Below are positions 46,237 through 55,691 of a DNA stretch of 64,000 nt, one piece after another (within the stretch, counting starts at the first letter, position 1; each line of letters opens with the position of its first letter). The translations under genes were made by a program, and so were the position numbers. Origin of the DNA: Chloroflexota bacterium (GTDB taxonomy: Bacteria; Chloroflexota; Dehalococcoidia; UBA2247; RBG-13-53-26); contig VGOM01000005.1 in the NCBI GenBank assembly GCA_016875915.1, positions 23,418 through 87,417 of the forward strand, in the 5' to 3' direction. The notes beneath the pieces are model-generated. The model searched no databases. It saw only the letters and a program-made list of their open reading frames with translations, and was not told where the DNA came from.

Positions 46237-47988
46237 TCAGTCGCTGCGCTCCACCACCACCAGGATGGCGTCGGCGCGAACGAAGTCCCCCTTGTGGACC
46301 CTGATCTCCTTGACCACACCGCGGCAGGGGGAGCGGATGTCGTTCTGCATCTTCATTGACTCGATCATCAGCACCACCGTGCCCTCCTCAATCCTGTCAC
46401 CAACCTTCACCGTCAGCGTGGCCACTATCCCTGGCATGGGAGACAGCAGGGCCACCTGGCGGGCTTCCCCGGTCCTCCCCTCACCTGCCTCCAGCGCCGC
46501 GCCGCCCTCCGCGCTGGCCCTACCCTGTCCGGCCAGGGCCACCCCGCTCCCGATCCTTGCGCCCTGTTCAGCATTCACCGGAGAGGGGACGCTCCTCCTC
46601 TCGGGCACACGCTGCAGAGGCGCTGGCTCACCGCCTTCGGGGAGCGCCTCTCCCACCAGTTCACCGCGGAGGAATTGCGCCGCGATCCGGGGATAGAGTG
46701 CGTAGGTGATCAGGTCTTCCTCCCGCTTGAAGATGCCCAGCTTCTGCCCTTCAGCCCGCATCTTCTCCAGTTCGGGTTCCAGCAGGTCCGCGGGGCGCAC
46801 CTCGATGGGTACCTCGTCGCCCACCACGGCCTTCCTCACTTCTTCGTCCATCTTGCCGGCAGGCCGACCATAGTGACCGAGGAGGTAGTTCTTCACTTCC
46901 TGGGTCACCACGCTATAGCGCCGCCCTGATATGACATTGAGCACCGCCTGGGTGCCCACTATCTGGCTCGTGGGAGTCACCAGTGGAGGATAGCCCAGTT
47001 CCGTTCGAACGCGAGGGACTTCCTGCAGCACCTCATCCAGTCTGTCCAGCGCCTTCTGCTCCTTGAGCTGGCTGAGCAGGTTGGAGAGCATCCCCCCCGG
47101 TATCTGGTGGATGAGAACCCCGATATCGGGGCGCACCGCCTTGGGGCTCAGCAGGCCGCTGTACTCCCGCATGACCCTGACGAAATACTCATTGATCTCG
47201 TTGAGCAACTCCAGGTCTAGCCGGGCATCGTAGCGGGTTCCCTTGAAGGCGGCCACCGTGCTCTCCGTGGCCGGCTGTGAAGCCCCCCCGCTGAACACCG
47301 AGATCGCCGTATCCAGGATCCTGGCCCCGGCCAGGACTGCGGCGTAGTAGCTCATCGGGGCCATGCCGCTGGTGCAGTGCGAGTGCAGGGCAATGGGCGC
47401 CTTCAGCCGGCTTTTCATGTGCCGCATCAACTGCCCGGCCATCGCCGGGGTGATCAGTCCGGCCATGTCCTTGATGCAGACGGAATCGCAGCCCCGCTTC
47501 TGCAGCCGTTCGGCCATCCTGGCAAAGCCGTCCGGGGTGTGTAGCGGGCTAGTGGTGTAGCAGATGGTCCCCTGAACGTGCGCCCCATACTCCTTGGCCA
47601 CCCCTATGGCGAACTCCATGTTGCGGATGTCGTTCAGGGCATCGAAAATGCGGAAGACGTCCACACCATTCTTCACCGCCAGGCGAATGAACTCCCGGAC
47701 CACATCGTCGGGGTAGTGCCGGTAGCCCACCAGGTTCTGCCCCCGGAGCAGCATCTGCAGACGGGTGTTCTTGGCCCTGGCCCGCAGTGCCCTGAGACGC
47801 TCCCACGGATCTTCGTTCAAGTACCTGATGCAGGTGTCGAAGGTGGCGCCGCCCCACACCTCGAGCGAGAAGAAGCCCACCCTGTCCATCTTCTCCACAA
47901 TGGGAAGCATATCCCTGGTGCGCATTCGGGTGGCGATCAGGGATTGGTGCGCGTCGCGAAGCGTGGTGTCAGTGATCAGGATGCCCAT
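46237..47988 (-). CDS. Biotin-dependent carboxyltransferase with C-terminal biotinyl domain (oxaloacetate decarboxylase alpha / pyruvate carboxylase subunit B-like)
   Basis: N-terminal pyruvate-carboxyltransferase TIM barrel (ITDTTLRDAHQS), C-terminal biotinyl-lysine motif ESMKM. Confidence 0.8.
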   Translation of the reverse strand: MGILITDTTLRDAHQSLIATRMRTRDMLPIVEKMDRVGFFSLEVWGGATFDTCIRYLNEDPWERLRALRARAKNTRLQMLLRGQNLVGYRHYPDDVVREFIRLAVKNGVDVFRIFDALNDIRNMEFAIGVAKEYGAHVQGTICYTTSPLHTPDGFARMAERLQKRGCDSVCIKDMAGLITPAMAGQLMRHMKSRLKAPIALHSHCTSGMAPMSYYAAVLAGARILDTAISVFSGGASQPATESTVAAFKGTRYDARLDLELLNEINEYFVRVMREYSGLLSPKAVRPDIGVLIHQIPGGMLSNLLSQLKEQKALDRLDEVLQEVPRVRTELGYPPLVTPTSQIVGTQAVLNVISGRRYSVVTQEVKNYLLGHYGRPAGKMDEEVRKAVVGDEVPIEVRPADLLEPELEKMRAEGQKLGIFKREEDLITYALYPRIAAQFLRGELVGEALPEGGEPAPLQRVPERRSVPSPVNAEQGARIGSGVALAGQGRASAEGGAALEAGEGRTGEARQVALLSPMPGIVATLTVKVGDRIEEGTVVLMIESMKMQNDIRSPCRGVVKEIRVHKGDFVRADAILVVVERSD

Positions 47989-48168
47989 TCATTCCCCGCA
48001 CCGATGACCGTGATGGCCTGCGTTCCCGCCCTCTCAGCGGGAGGCGAGCCGTGCAGCCCGCCGCTTCCGGAAGCCCATCCCATCTTATCACACCAGCGAC
48101 TGAACCACGAATCGGGGTGAGAGGCCGCGGGGCTGCCTCCGCGGTCGGCCGGCTCACACCGGGGATCA

Positions 48169-48882
48169 TCACAGCTGCTCACGCGGTGCAGCCGGCCCAC
48201 CGGGTCGTCCGAAGAGAAGCCATCTGTTCAGATACATGAACGGGATGTTGACCAAGCCAACCAGCCACTTGGTGAACAGTTGTCCCTCGATCAGCGACCA
48301 GAGGGGCATGGTCCATGCGAAGGCTATGGTGACGAAGATGAAGGTATCGACGGTGAGCGAGGGTATGGAGCTGAAGACATTTCGGGCCCAGAGGTGCCTG
48401 CCTCCCGTCAAGCTCCTGAACCGGTCGTATATCCAGGCATCGAGGTTCTCACTGATCAGGAAGGCCACCCACGACCCCAGGGTGATCCGCGGCACCAGGC
48501 TGACGATGGCCTCCCAGGACTCCTGGTCGTCCCAGAATGACGCGGGGCTGAGCCGCGTGGCCAGCCAGAGGAAGAACACCATGGCCACCTGGGTGACGAA
48601 GGCGATCAGGATCATTCGGTGGACTTCCCCTCTGCCGAATCGCTCATTGACGATGTCCGTGAACAGGTAGGTCACCGAATAGACCAGGACAGCGGCAGGC
48701 GCAGTGACCGTGATCAAGCCCAGGTCGTACTCGGCGATCTTGGCCGCAGTGATCTGGCTGATGGCCACAAACAGCACATACAGCCCGATCAGCGCGTCGG
48801 GCTTGTCGAATCTCCTGGCGTACCAGGCCCCAAAGAGGGTGAAGCTGGTTATCCCCAGCACCCACAGAATGAGTTCCAGCAT
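48169..48882 (-). CDS. Queuosine precursor transporter, YhhQ/Vut (DUF165) family
   Basis: Six-TM protein with conserved YhhQ-like segments (YSVTYLFTDIVNERFG...). Confidence 0.7.
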   Translation of the reverse strand: MLELILWVLGITSFTLFGAWYARRFDKPDALIGLYVLFVAISQITAAKIAEYDLGLITVTAPAAVLVYSVTYLFTDIVNERFGRGEVHRMILIAFVTQVAMVFFLWLATRLSPASFWDDQESWEAIVSLVPRITLGSWVAFLISENLDAWIYDRFRSLTGGRHLWARNVFSSIPSLTVDTFIFVTIAFAWTMPLWSLIEGQLFTKWLVGLVNIPFMYLNRWLLFGRPGGPAAPREQL

Positions 48883-49137
48883 GTCCTCTCGCTTCCCGCC
48901 AGTTCACTGCCACCAGGGCAGGCTGCGCCTCCCCGGAAGATCAGAGTTGTTTATATCCTGCTTGGGGCCCAAAATCAATGCCAGCCATCCGGCAGCAGTG
49001 CCGAGCGGCGTTCTCACATTGGGGTGCGATGGTTTGCTTTGACGTCTGAGATGCCGTGGCAGTATCATAGACTTGCGCCGGCCGGGTGTTGGTTGTGTAT
49101 GCCCCGCCGGGTGCAGGACCTCCACGCAAGGGAGACC

Positions 49138-50739
49138 ATGGTTACCCGCGAGCAGCAGCTAGAGATAAAGGAGATACTCCGCAAGTCCCAGCTCTTCTGG
49201 AAACTGACCGACGACCAACTGGAGAAGGTCGTGGCGCTGGGTCAGGGCGAGTGCTTCAACCGGGGGGAGTATATCGCCGTCGCCGGCGAGCCTGCCCGGA
49301 AGCTTTACGTTGTCGTCCAGGGCAAAGTAGCCTTGGAGATCGAGATCCGCGTCGGCTCACGGACCAGAAAACAGGCCACCATCGACCTCGTGGGCGTCGG
49401 CGAGGTCTTCGGGTGGTCCGCGCTGACCGAGAAGGGCATCCTCACCATGTCGGCTATGGCCAGCGACTACACCAGGGTGGTGGGGTTCGGTGCGGAGGAG
49501 CTGCGGCGGCTGTGGAATGAGGATGCCGACATCTGCCGGGCCCTGGCAGATGACTTCGTCAATCTGGTTTCCGACAGGCTGGCGCACACCAAGCGGACCC
49601 TGGCCCATGTCCTGTCCGTAGCCTCCCACGACTTGCGGGCCCCTCTGGCCACGGTTCAGAGCTGTGTGGACGTTCTGCTGGGCGGATTCGCCGGACCACT
49701 GTCCACCAGGCAGACGGAGCTGCTGGCCGGGAGCAGACAGCGCCTGCTCGACCTGATGAGCCTCATCGACAACATCCTCGACATCTCCTACATCGAGATC
49801 AGGCAGGACGACTTCGAGAAGGTGTCACTGCCCGACCTGGTGGACAGATCCATCGGCGACGTACAAGGCCTGGCAGAGAGGAAGAACATACGCGTCAAGA
49901 ACGCCCTGTCCCCCACCGTCCCCGAGGTGATGGGCGTCCCGAAGCGTTTGCGCCAGGTGCTCACCAATCTGCTGGGCAACGCCGTCAAGTACACTCCCGT
50001 CGACGGCAGCGTCACGGTGCAGTCCTCTGAGGCGGAGGAGTCGGTCCAGGTGGAGATCTGCGACACGGGAATAGGCATCGCTGCCGATGATCTGCACCGG
50101 GTCTTCGACGACTTCTACCGGGGGTCCAGAGGCGACGCGGATGGAGCCGGACTGGGACTCTCCATCGCCAAGAGGATTGTAGAGTCGCACGGCGGACTGA
50201 TCTGGGCTGAAAGCCCCTGTCCCGACACGGGGAAGGGCACAAAGGTCACCGTGGCTCTGCCCAGGATGGCGGCGGTGGCCCCCGCCCAGGTTGAGCCCGA
50301 GACCACAGCCATCAAGGGAGCCAAGATCCTCATCGCTGACGACGACCCGGACATGCTCAGGGTGACCGCCCTGGTTCTGGAGTCGGATGGCTTCCAGACC
50401 TCGGCCGCCCGCGACGGCATAGAGGCGCTGGCCAAGGTGGAGGCGGAGGAGCCCGACCTGCTGATCCTGGACCTCCTCATGCCGGAGCTGGATGGATTCG
50501 AGGTCCTGAAGCGGCTGGGGGAGCGCAGGAGAACGGGCCGGGGCCGGATCCCTGTCCTTGTGGTCAGTGCCATCAAGGAGGGCAGCAGCCGGCGGCGCTA
50601 TGAGCTGGAGACCAAGACGGAACTGGGCGCCGATGGCTACATCGAAAAACCGATATCCCCTCCTCTGCTGTTGAAGGAGGTTGCCAGGATTCTGACGGAG
50701 AGGAAGTCCAAGGTCTGCACCGAGGCCAAGAAGAACTGA
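49138..50739 (+). CDS. Hybrid sensor histidine kinase with N-terminal cyclic-nucleotide-binding (Crp-like) domain and C-terminal receiver
   Basis: cNMP-binding domain (GEYIAVAGEPARKLYVVVQGKV), HisKA H-box SHDLRAPL, HATPase_c (DTGIGI, GLGLSIAK), REC (ILIADDDPD...DLLMP). Confidence 0.85.
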   Translation: MVTREQQLEIKEILRKSQLFWKLTDDQLEKVVALGQGECFNRGEYIAVAGEPARKLYVVVQGKVALEIEIRVGSRTRKQATIDLVGVGEVFGWSALTEKGILTMSAMASDYTRVVGFGAEELRRLWNEDADICRALADDFVNLVSDRLAHTKRTLAHVLSVASHDLRAPLATVQSCVDVLLGGFAGPLSTRQTELLAGSRQRLLDLMSLIDNILDISYIEIRQDDFEKVSLPDLVDRSIGDVQGLAERKNIRVKNALSPTVPEVMGVPKRLRQVLTNLLGNAVKYTPVDGSVTVQSSEAEESVQVEICDTGIGIAADDLHRVFDDFYRGSRGDADGAGLGLSIAKRIVESHGGLIWAESPCPDTGKGTKVTVALPRMAAVAPAQVEPETTAIKGAKILIADDDPDMLRVTALVLESDGFQTSAARDGIEALAKVEAEEPDLLILDLLMPELDGFEVLKRLGERRRTGRGRIPVLVVSAIKEGSSRRRYELETKTELGADGYIEKPISPPLLLKEVARILTERKSKVCTEAKKN

Positions 50740-50753
50740 AGGAGGAGCCACCC

Positions 50754-51155
50754 ATGTCGAAGCAAGCCAAGATACTGATCGTTGACGATGACCCAGTCTT
50801 CGTTGATTCAACGAAGGCGGTGCTTGAGAGCAAGAACTACCAGGTAACCTCGGCCGGTGACGGTGACGAGGGGATACGCAAGGCGGCAGAGGTGAGACCG
50901 GACCTGATCATCCTGGACGTGATCATGCCCACCAAGGACGGGTTCACCGCCTGCGAGCAACTGAAGAAGGACCCACGGTTCTCGGACACCCCGGTGATCA
51001 TCCTGACCAGCTTCGCCGAGAAGAGGGGGGAGAGCAACATCCCGGTAAGTGCCGGGCTCAGCCTTGAAGCGGAAGCGTACGTGGACAAGCCCGTCGCTCC
51101 CCAGAAGCTGCTAGACACCGTTGCGAAGTTGCTGGCTAGAGCCAGCTCTCACTAG
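50754..51155 (+). CDS. Single-domain response regulator (CheY-like)
   Basis: ILIVDDDP, DLIILDVIMP phospho-Asp region, no output domain. Confidence 0.85.
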   Translation: MSKQAKILIVDDDPVFVDSTKAVLESKNYQVTSAGDGDEGIRKAAEVRPDLIILDVIMPTKDGFTACEQLKKDPRFSDTPVIILTSFAEKRGESNIPVSAGLSLEAEAYVDKPVAPQKLLDTVAKLLARASSH

Positions 51156-51337
51156 CCATCGGTTCCCCCGTTGACAGAGCCTTGCAGAGCGTTGAGGAGG
51201 CACTGCCGCCGCCCGGGTTGCTTCGAACCGCTGCTTCTGCGCTACGGGCTTCTGTCAGTGGATGATCATGACCGGACAGAGCTTGTCAGGATGACTCCTC
51301 TCCCCACAGACAAGCGCCGCGTCTTCCTCTGGCACCG

Positions 51338-51994
51338 ATGGCGTCCCCGGACAGCGTGATGATAGAGCAATACGACATAGAAGTGAGACTTCTGGCGATC
51401 ACCGGGCTGACTCCCTCAGAGACGACCCTGGACCGCCAGCCCGACCTGCCTCCCTCTGAGCTGCTCATCGAGTACGCCGGCCGGCTCTGCTGGGGCACCA
51501 CCGACAAGGTGGGCACTACTCCGGGCCGCATCGAGGGCTGGCTGGCCCAGGGCCATGAGTCGGTCATCGAGCATGCCGCCGCCACCTTCTACGTCAGGGC
51601 CAGCCGCGTGCTCACCCACGAACTGGTCCGCCACAGGCTGGCCAGCTACAGCCAGAGAAGTCAGCGGTACGTCAGGGAATCTAGTCCCCGGTACGTCACG
51701 CCCCCGGAGCTGGCCGCCGGTCAGCGCGGTGGCGACGTCTTTGAGAAGACCATGCTGGAGGCTTGGGCGGCCTATTCGCGACTCCTTCAGCTTGGCGTCA
51801 AGCCGGAGATCGCCCGCTACGTTCTCCCCAGTGCCTGCGAGACAGAGATAGTCATGACCATGAACTTCAGGGAACTGCGGCATTTCATCAAGCTCAGGAC
51901 CAGCAAGAGATCGCTCCCGGAGATGCGGGCCGTCGCCGGCGAAATGAAGAGGATCATGCAGCAGCAAGCCCCCAGGGTGTTCGGGGATCTGTGA
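51338..51994 (+). CDS. thyX: FAD-dependent thymidylate synthase ThyX
   Basis: ThyX signature RHRLASYSQRSQRY (RHRx7S). Confidence 0.85.
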   Translation: MASPDSVMIEQYDIEVRLLAITGLTPSETTLDRQPDLPPSELLIEYAGRLCWGTTDKVGTTPGRIEGWLAQGHESVIEHAAATFYVRASRVLTHELVRHRLASYSQRSQRYVRESSPRYVTPPELAAGQRGGDVFEKTMLEAWAAYSRLLQLGVKPEIARYVLPSACETEIVMTMNFRELRHFIKLRTSKRSLPEMRAVAGEMKRIMQQQAPRVFGDL

Positions 51995-52069
51995 CGACGG
52001 AGGGGGTGAGATGACCTGCAGGGCACCGGCCGGTCGGTCGCACCCGCAGAGACCATCGGGCAAAGTATT

Positions 52070-52099
52070 TTGTGGCAGCGAAACCATTTCTGCTATAAT
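52070..52099 (+). promoter_or_regulatory. Putative sigma70-type promoter (-35 TTGTGG, 18-bp spacer, extended -10 TGCTATAAT) for pseudo-REC::metF fusion
   Basis: TTGTGG 52070-75, TGCTATAAT 52091-99, ~28 nt before SD GGGAGAG. Confidence 0.45.
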
Positions 52100-52126
52100 C
52101 AGCGTTGACTACAGCTTACAGGGAGA

Positions 52127-54163
52127 GTGGCAGTGAACAACCTCAACCAGGCAGACCGGGTCCTTGTGATCGCCAGCGCGCGGGACCTGGTGGATATGAT
52201 CAAGGAAGGAGCCGGCGGCAATCTCGAAGTCACCTACGCCGCCAATCAGAAAGAGGGGCTGGAGAAGGCCAGGAAGGATCTGCCCGCCATCATCGTTCTG
52301 GGCTACCTGGAGCCGCAGGGCACCGCCTTCCAGCTCCATCGCAAGCTGCAGGAGGGATGGATCACCAAGAACATCCCTCTTCTGATAGTCGATCTGCAGT
52401 CGGACGACTCCCGCCCCGTGTTGAGCATGGAGGAGGGTCTGCAAATGGAGGCCGACGAGTATCTCGCCCTCCGTCGAGGGGACGGGCAGGTGTCCCTGAC
52501 CCGGCTGGCCGAGCCCATCGCCAGACTGAGGGAGAAGCTCCACACCAGACTGAAGACCACGGCGAACATCGTCAGGGAGGCTATCCTCGACCCGAACACC
52601 TTCTGCGTCACCTGGGAACAGGTCCCCGGCCGGGGAGCCTTCGAAATGCAGCAGGAGGAACTGGTCGAGAACGCCAGGAGGGCTGCCCGGAAGGGTAAGA
52701 TCCATGCCGTGAGCGTCACCGACAACCCCGGCGGGAATCCGGCCATCTCCACCGAGATACTGTGCACCGAGGTGCGGAAACTGGGCATCGAGCCGCTGGT
52801 GCACCTCGCCTTCAGGGACAAGAACAGGAATGAGTGCGAGAGCATCCTCTACGGCCTCGCCGGCCTTGGCGTGAGGAATCTGCTGCTGCTCACAGGCGAC
52901 TACCCTTCAAGCGGCGGGTTCAAGGGCAGATCCAAGCCGGTGTTCGACTTGGACTCCGTCCATGGCCTGCAGCTGGTGCAGATGATGAACAACGGAATGG
53001 AACATGAGGCCATGGGCAAGAAGACCACCCTGGCCCCCACCGACTTCTTCGCCGGCACATCTGTCTCGCCCTTCAAGCAGTCAGAGGCCGAGTTGATGGG
53101 ACAGTACTTCAAGCTGAAGAAGAAGATCGAATCCGGCGCCGACTTCGTGATCACCCAGCTTGGCTATGACGCCAGGAAGCTCCATGAGGTGCTCACCTGG
53201 CTCAAGGTCCACGGCTACAGCACGCCGGTGATGTCCAACATCTATGTGCTGCCTCTGGGGGCGGCCAAGATCATGAACACCAATCAGATCCCGGGCTGCG
53301 TGGTCACCGACAAGCTGCTGGAAGAGGTGGCACAAGAGGCCAAAGCCCCGGACAGGGGCAGGTCCGCCAGGCTCACCCGGGCGGCCAAGATGTACGCCGT
53401 GGCCAAGGGCATGGGATGTGCCGGAGCCCACATCGGGGGCCATGGCCTGACATACGAGGCGGTGGAGGAGATCATCGGCAAGGGCGAGGAGATGGCCAAG
53501 GACTGGAGGACTCTGGTCGCCCAGTTCGACTACCCGCAGAGAGACGGCTTCTATTACTTCGAGAGGGACCCCCAGACGGGGCTGAACCTGGAGACCCCGG
53601 CAGCCAGGCCGTCAAGAGGCTCACGTACGCCCATCTACGAGTTCTCCAGGCTGGCCCACGTCACCCTCTTCAATCCCAAGAGCGTGGTGTTCAAGGGGTT
53701 CAGGCCGGTGGCCAGGCGGCTCGATTCCTCGTCGACTCTGGAGTCGGCCTTCGGCTTCTTCGAGCACCTGACCAAGGTGGCCCTCTTCGGTTGCATGAAC
53801 TGCGGCGATTGCTCCCTGTTCGACGTCGCCTTCCTCTGCCCCATGTCTCAATGCCCCAAGAACCAGAGAAACGGGCCCTGCGGGGGCAGCTACGAAGGAT
53901 GGTGCGAGGTCCACACGGACAAGAAGTGCGTCTGGGTGCGCGCCTATGAGAGGCTGAAGAAGCACAAGGAAGAGGAGGAGATCGGGGACAACTGCGTTCC
54001 TCCCTGCAACTGGGAACTGATGGGCACCCCGTCCTGGCTCAATTTCTACCTGGGCAGGGATCACTCGGCCAAGAGGCTGGGGATACAACCGCCTCAAGAG
54101 AAGGCGAAGCCCGCCGAGAGCGACAAGGCCAAGGAGGCCAAGGAGACCAAGAAGGCAGCATAG
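52127..54163 (+). CDS. metF: Methylenetetrahydrofolate reductase fused to N-terminal pseudo-receiver domain and C-terminal MetV-like Cys-rich (zinc-ribbon) domain
   Basis: Residues ~1-130 REC-like fold lacking acceptor Asp (IIVLGYLEP); central MTHFR TIM barrel; C-terminal FGCMNCGDCSLFDVAFLCPMSQCPKNQRNGPCGG; GTG start (alt GTG 52133). Confidence 0.75.
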   Translation: MAVNNLNQADRVLVIASARDLVDMIKEGAGGNLEVTYAANQKEGLEKARKDLPAIIVLGYLEPQGTAFQLHRKLQEGWITKNIPLLIVDLQSDDSRPVLSMEEGLQMEADEYLALRRGDGQVSLTRLAEPIARLREKLHTRLKTTANIVREAILDPNTFCVTWEQVPGRGAFEMQQEELVENARRAARKGKIHAVSVTDNPGGNPAISTEILCTEVRKLGIEPLVHLAFRDKNRNECESILYGLAGLGVRNLLLLTGDYPSSGGFKGRSKPVFDLDSVHGLQLVQMMNNGMEHEAMGKKTTLAPTDFFAGTSVSPFKQSEAELMGQYFKLKKKIESGADFVITQLGYDARKLHEVLTWLKVHGYSTPVMSNIYVLPLGAAKIMNTNQIPGCVVTDKLLEEVAQEAKAPDRGRSARLTRAAKMYAVAKGMGCAGAHIGGHGLTYEAVEEIIGKGEEMAKDWRTLVAQFDYPQRDGFYYFERDPQTGLNLETPAARPSRGSRTPIYEFSRLAHVTLFNPKSVVFKGFRPVARRLDSSSTLESAFGFFEHLTKVALFGCMNCGDCSLFDVAFLCPMSQCPKNQRNGPCGGSYEGWCEVHTDKKCVWVRAYERLKKHKEEEEIGDNCVPPCNWELMGTPSWLNFYLGRDHSAKRLGIQPPQEKAKPAESDKAKEAKETKKAA

Positions 54164-54212
54164 CCGTCGGGAGGGTATCTTCCTTTGCGGTGAATGCGTT
54201 GGAGGTTGAGAG

Positions 54213-55103
54213 ATGCATCTTTCGGAGTTCTTCAGAAACGGCCGCTTCGTCATTACCTGTGAGATAACGCCCCCAAAGGGGGTGAACACCGACGAGTTTC
54301 TGAACACGGTGGACATGGTCAAGAACCATGTTGACGCCGTCAATATCGGCGACAACCAGAGGGCGGTGATGCGGGCGGCGGCCCTGGCCGTCTGCCACCT
54401 GCTCAAGCAGAAGAACATCGAGCCGGTCATGGAGTTGACCGCCCGCGACAGGAACCGCATCGCCATTCAATCCGATCTGCTCGGGGCCAGCATGGTCGGC
54501 ATCGAGAACATACTCCTTGTCAGCGGGTATCCCCCGGCGGTGGGCGACCACGCCCAGGCCAAGCCGGTGTATGACTTCGACTCCGTATCGCTGGTGAGCG
54601 CCGCCAAGTCCCTCACCAAGGGGCAGGATGTCACCGGCCACGCCCTGGATGGTGCTCCCGACTTCTGCATCGGGGTGGTCGCCAATCCCGGACTGAAGCC
54701 CGCCGAGCCCCATCTGGAGAGGCTGAAGCAGAAGATCGCCGAAGGGGCTCAGTTCATTCAGACGCAGACCGTCTATGACCTGGAGGTCCTGGAGCGCTTC
54801 ATGGAGGCGGTCAGCAAGTTCAATGTGCCGGTGATGGTGGGCCACACCATGCTCCGGTCCGCCAGCATGGCCAGCTTCATGAACAGCAACCTCCCCGGAG
54901 TCTGCGTGCCGGACAAGCTCATCAGGGAACTGGAGGGACTCCCCAAGCAGAAGATAGCCGAGACCAGCCTGCAACTGTCGATCGACCTTCTCAGGAGGAT
55001 GAAGCCCCTGTGCCAGGGCATTCATTTCATGGTTGCCGGGTGGGAGCAGCATATGCCCACGGTCGCAGAGGCGGTGGCCGGCAAGAGACCTCTCCGGCCA
55101 TAG
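54213..55103 (+). CDS. metF: Methylenetetrahydrofolate reductase (stand-alone second copy)
   Basis: MTHFR family TIM barrel (296 aa), paralogous to core of upstream fusion. Confidence 0.8.
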   Translation: MHLSEFFRNGRFVITCEITPPKGVNTDEFLNTVDMVKNHVDAVNIGDNQRAVMRAAALAVCHLLKQKNIEPVMELTARDRNRIAIQSDLLGASMVGIENILLVSGYPPAVGDHAQAKPVYDFDSVSLVSAAKSLTKGQDVTGHALDGAPDFCIGVVANPGLKPAEPHLERLKQKIAEGAQFIQTQTVYDLEVLERFMEAVSKFNVPVMVGHTMLRSASMASFMNSNLPGVCVPDKLIRELEGLPKQKIAETSLQLSIDLLRRMKPLCQGIHFMVAGWEQHMPTVAEAVAGKRPLRP

Positions 55104-55272
55104 TTGCAGCGACACCGCCAGTTGCAAACGACCGAATTTTGCGGTAATATTCCCAGCCAAGGTTAAAGTTCAGGTTGTCGATCTAATGTCGAGTTTCCTG
55201 CAGGACTCAATCAGCATTGGATGACCGAACTCTAGCCAATTTTTGTGCTTGTCAGAAGAAGGAGGTCATCTG

Positions 55273-55581
55273 ATGGGTTACACGGACAAGCAAATTGAAT
55301 GCAAGGAGTGCGGGGCCAAGTTCGCCTTCACCGCTTCCGAGCAGGAGTTCTACGCCTCCAAGGGGTACACCAACGACCCCAAGCGCTGTCCCACCTGCCG
55401 CCAGGCCAGGAAATCGCAGAGACACACTGAAGGCGGCTATTCCGGATCGACCCGCCAGATGTTCCCTGCCGTCTGCGCCCAGTGCGGCAAGGATACCCAG
55501 GTGCCCTTCGAGCCCAGATCGGAAAGGCCGGTATACTGTAGCGATTGCTACACCAAGGTTCGCCAGAGCAACAGGTTCTAG
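55273..55581 (+). CDS. Tandem zinc-ribbon protein (zf-trcl-like, two CxxC...CxxC modules)
   Basis: IECKECGAKFAFTASEQEFYASKGYTNDPKRCPTCRQARK and AVCAQCGKDTQVPFEPRSERPVYCSDCY; AAGGAGG SD before ATG 55273. Confidence 0.65.
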   Translation: MGYTDKQIECKECGAKFAFTASEQEFYASKGYTNDPKRCPTCRQARKSQRHTEGGYSGSTRQMFPAVCAQCGKDTQVPFEPRSERPVYCSDCYTKVRQSNRF

Positions 55582-55660
55582 CCCCGGGGGCAATCGTCAG
55601 CGCCCGCCTGCGATCTCACCTGTTCCCATAGCCCTGGCATTCAGGTCAGAGTGGCAGACC

Positions 55661-55682
55661 GCAGCACAGTGACCTGTGCTGC
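55661..55682. terminator. Hairpin (9-bp stem GCAGCACAG/CTGTGCTGC, 4-nt loop) between convergent zf-trcl and rtcB genes
   Basis: Perfect inverted repeat 10 nt downstream of rtcB stop. Confidence 0.4.
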
Positions 55683-55691
55683 CCCACACGG

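Noticed and set aside
49825-50811. 328-aa minus ORF opposite the histidine kinase
   Set aside because: Antisense artefact
52109-52845. 231- and 180-aa minus ORFs opposite the MetF fusion N-terminus
   Set aside because: Antisense; the sense-strand REC-like domain is better supported
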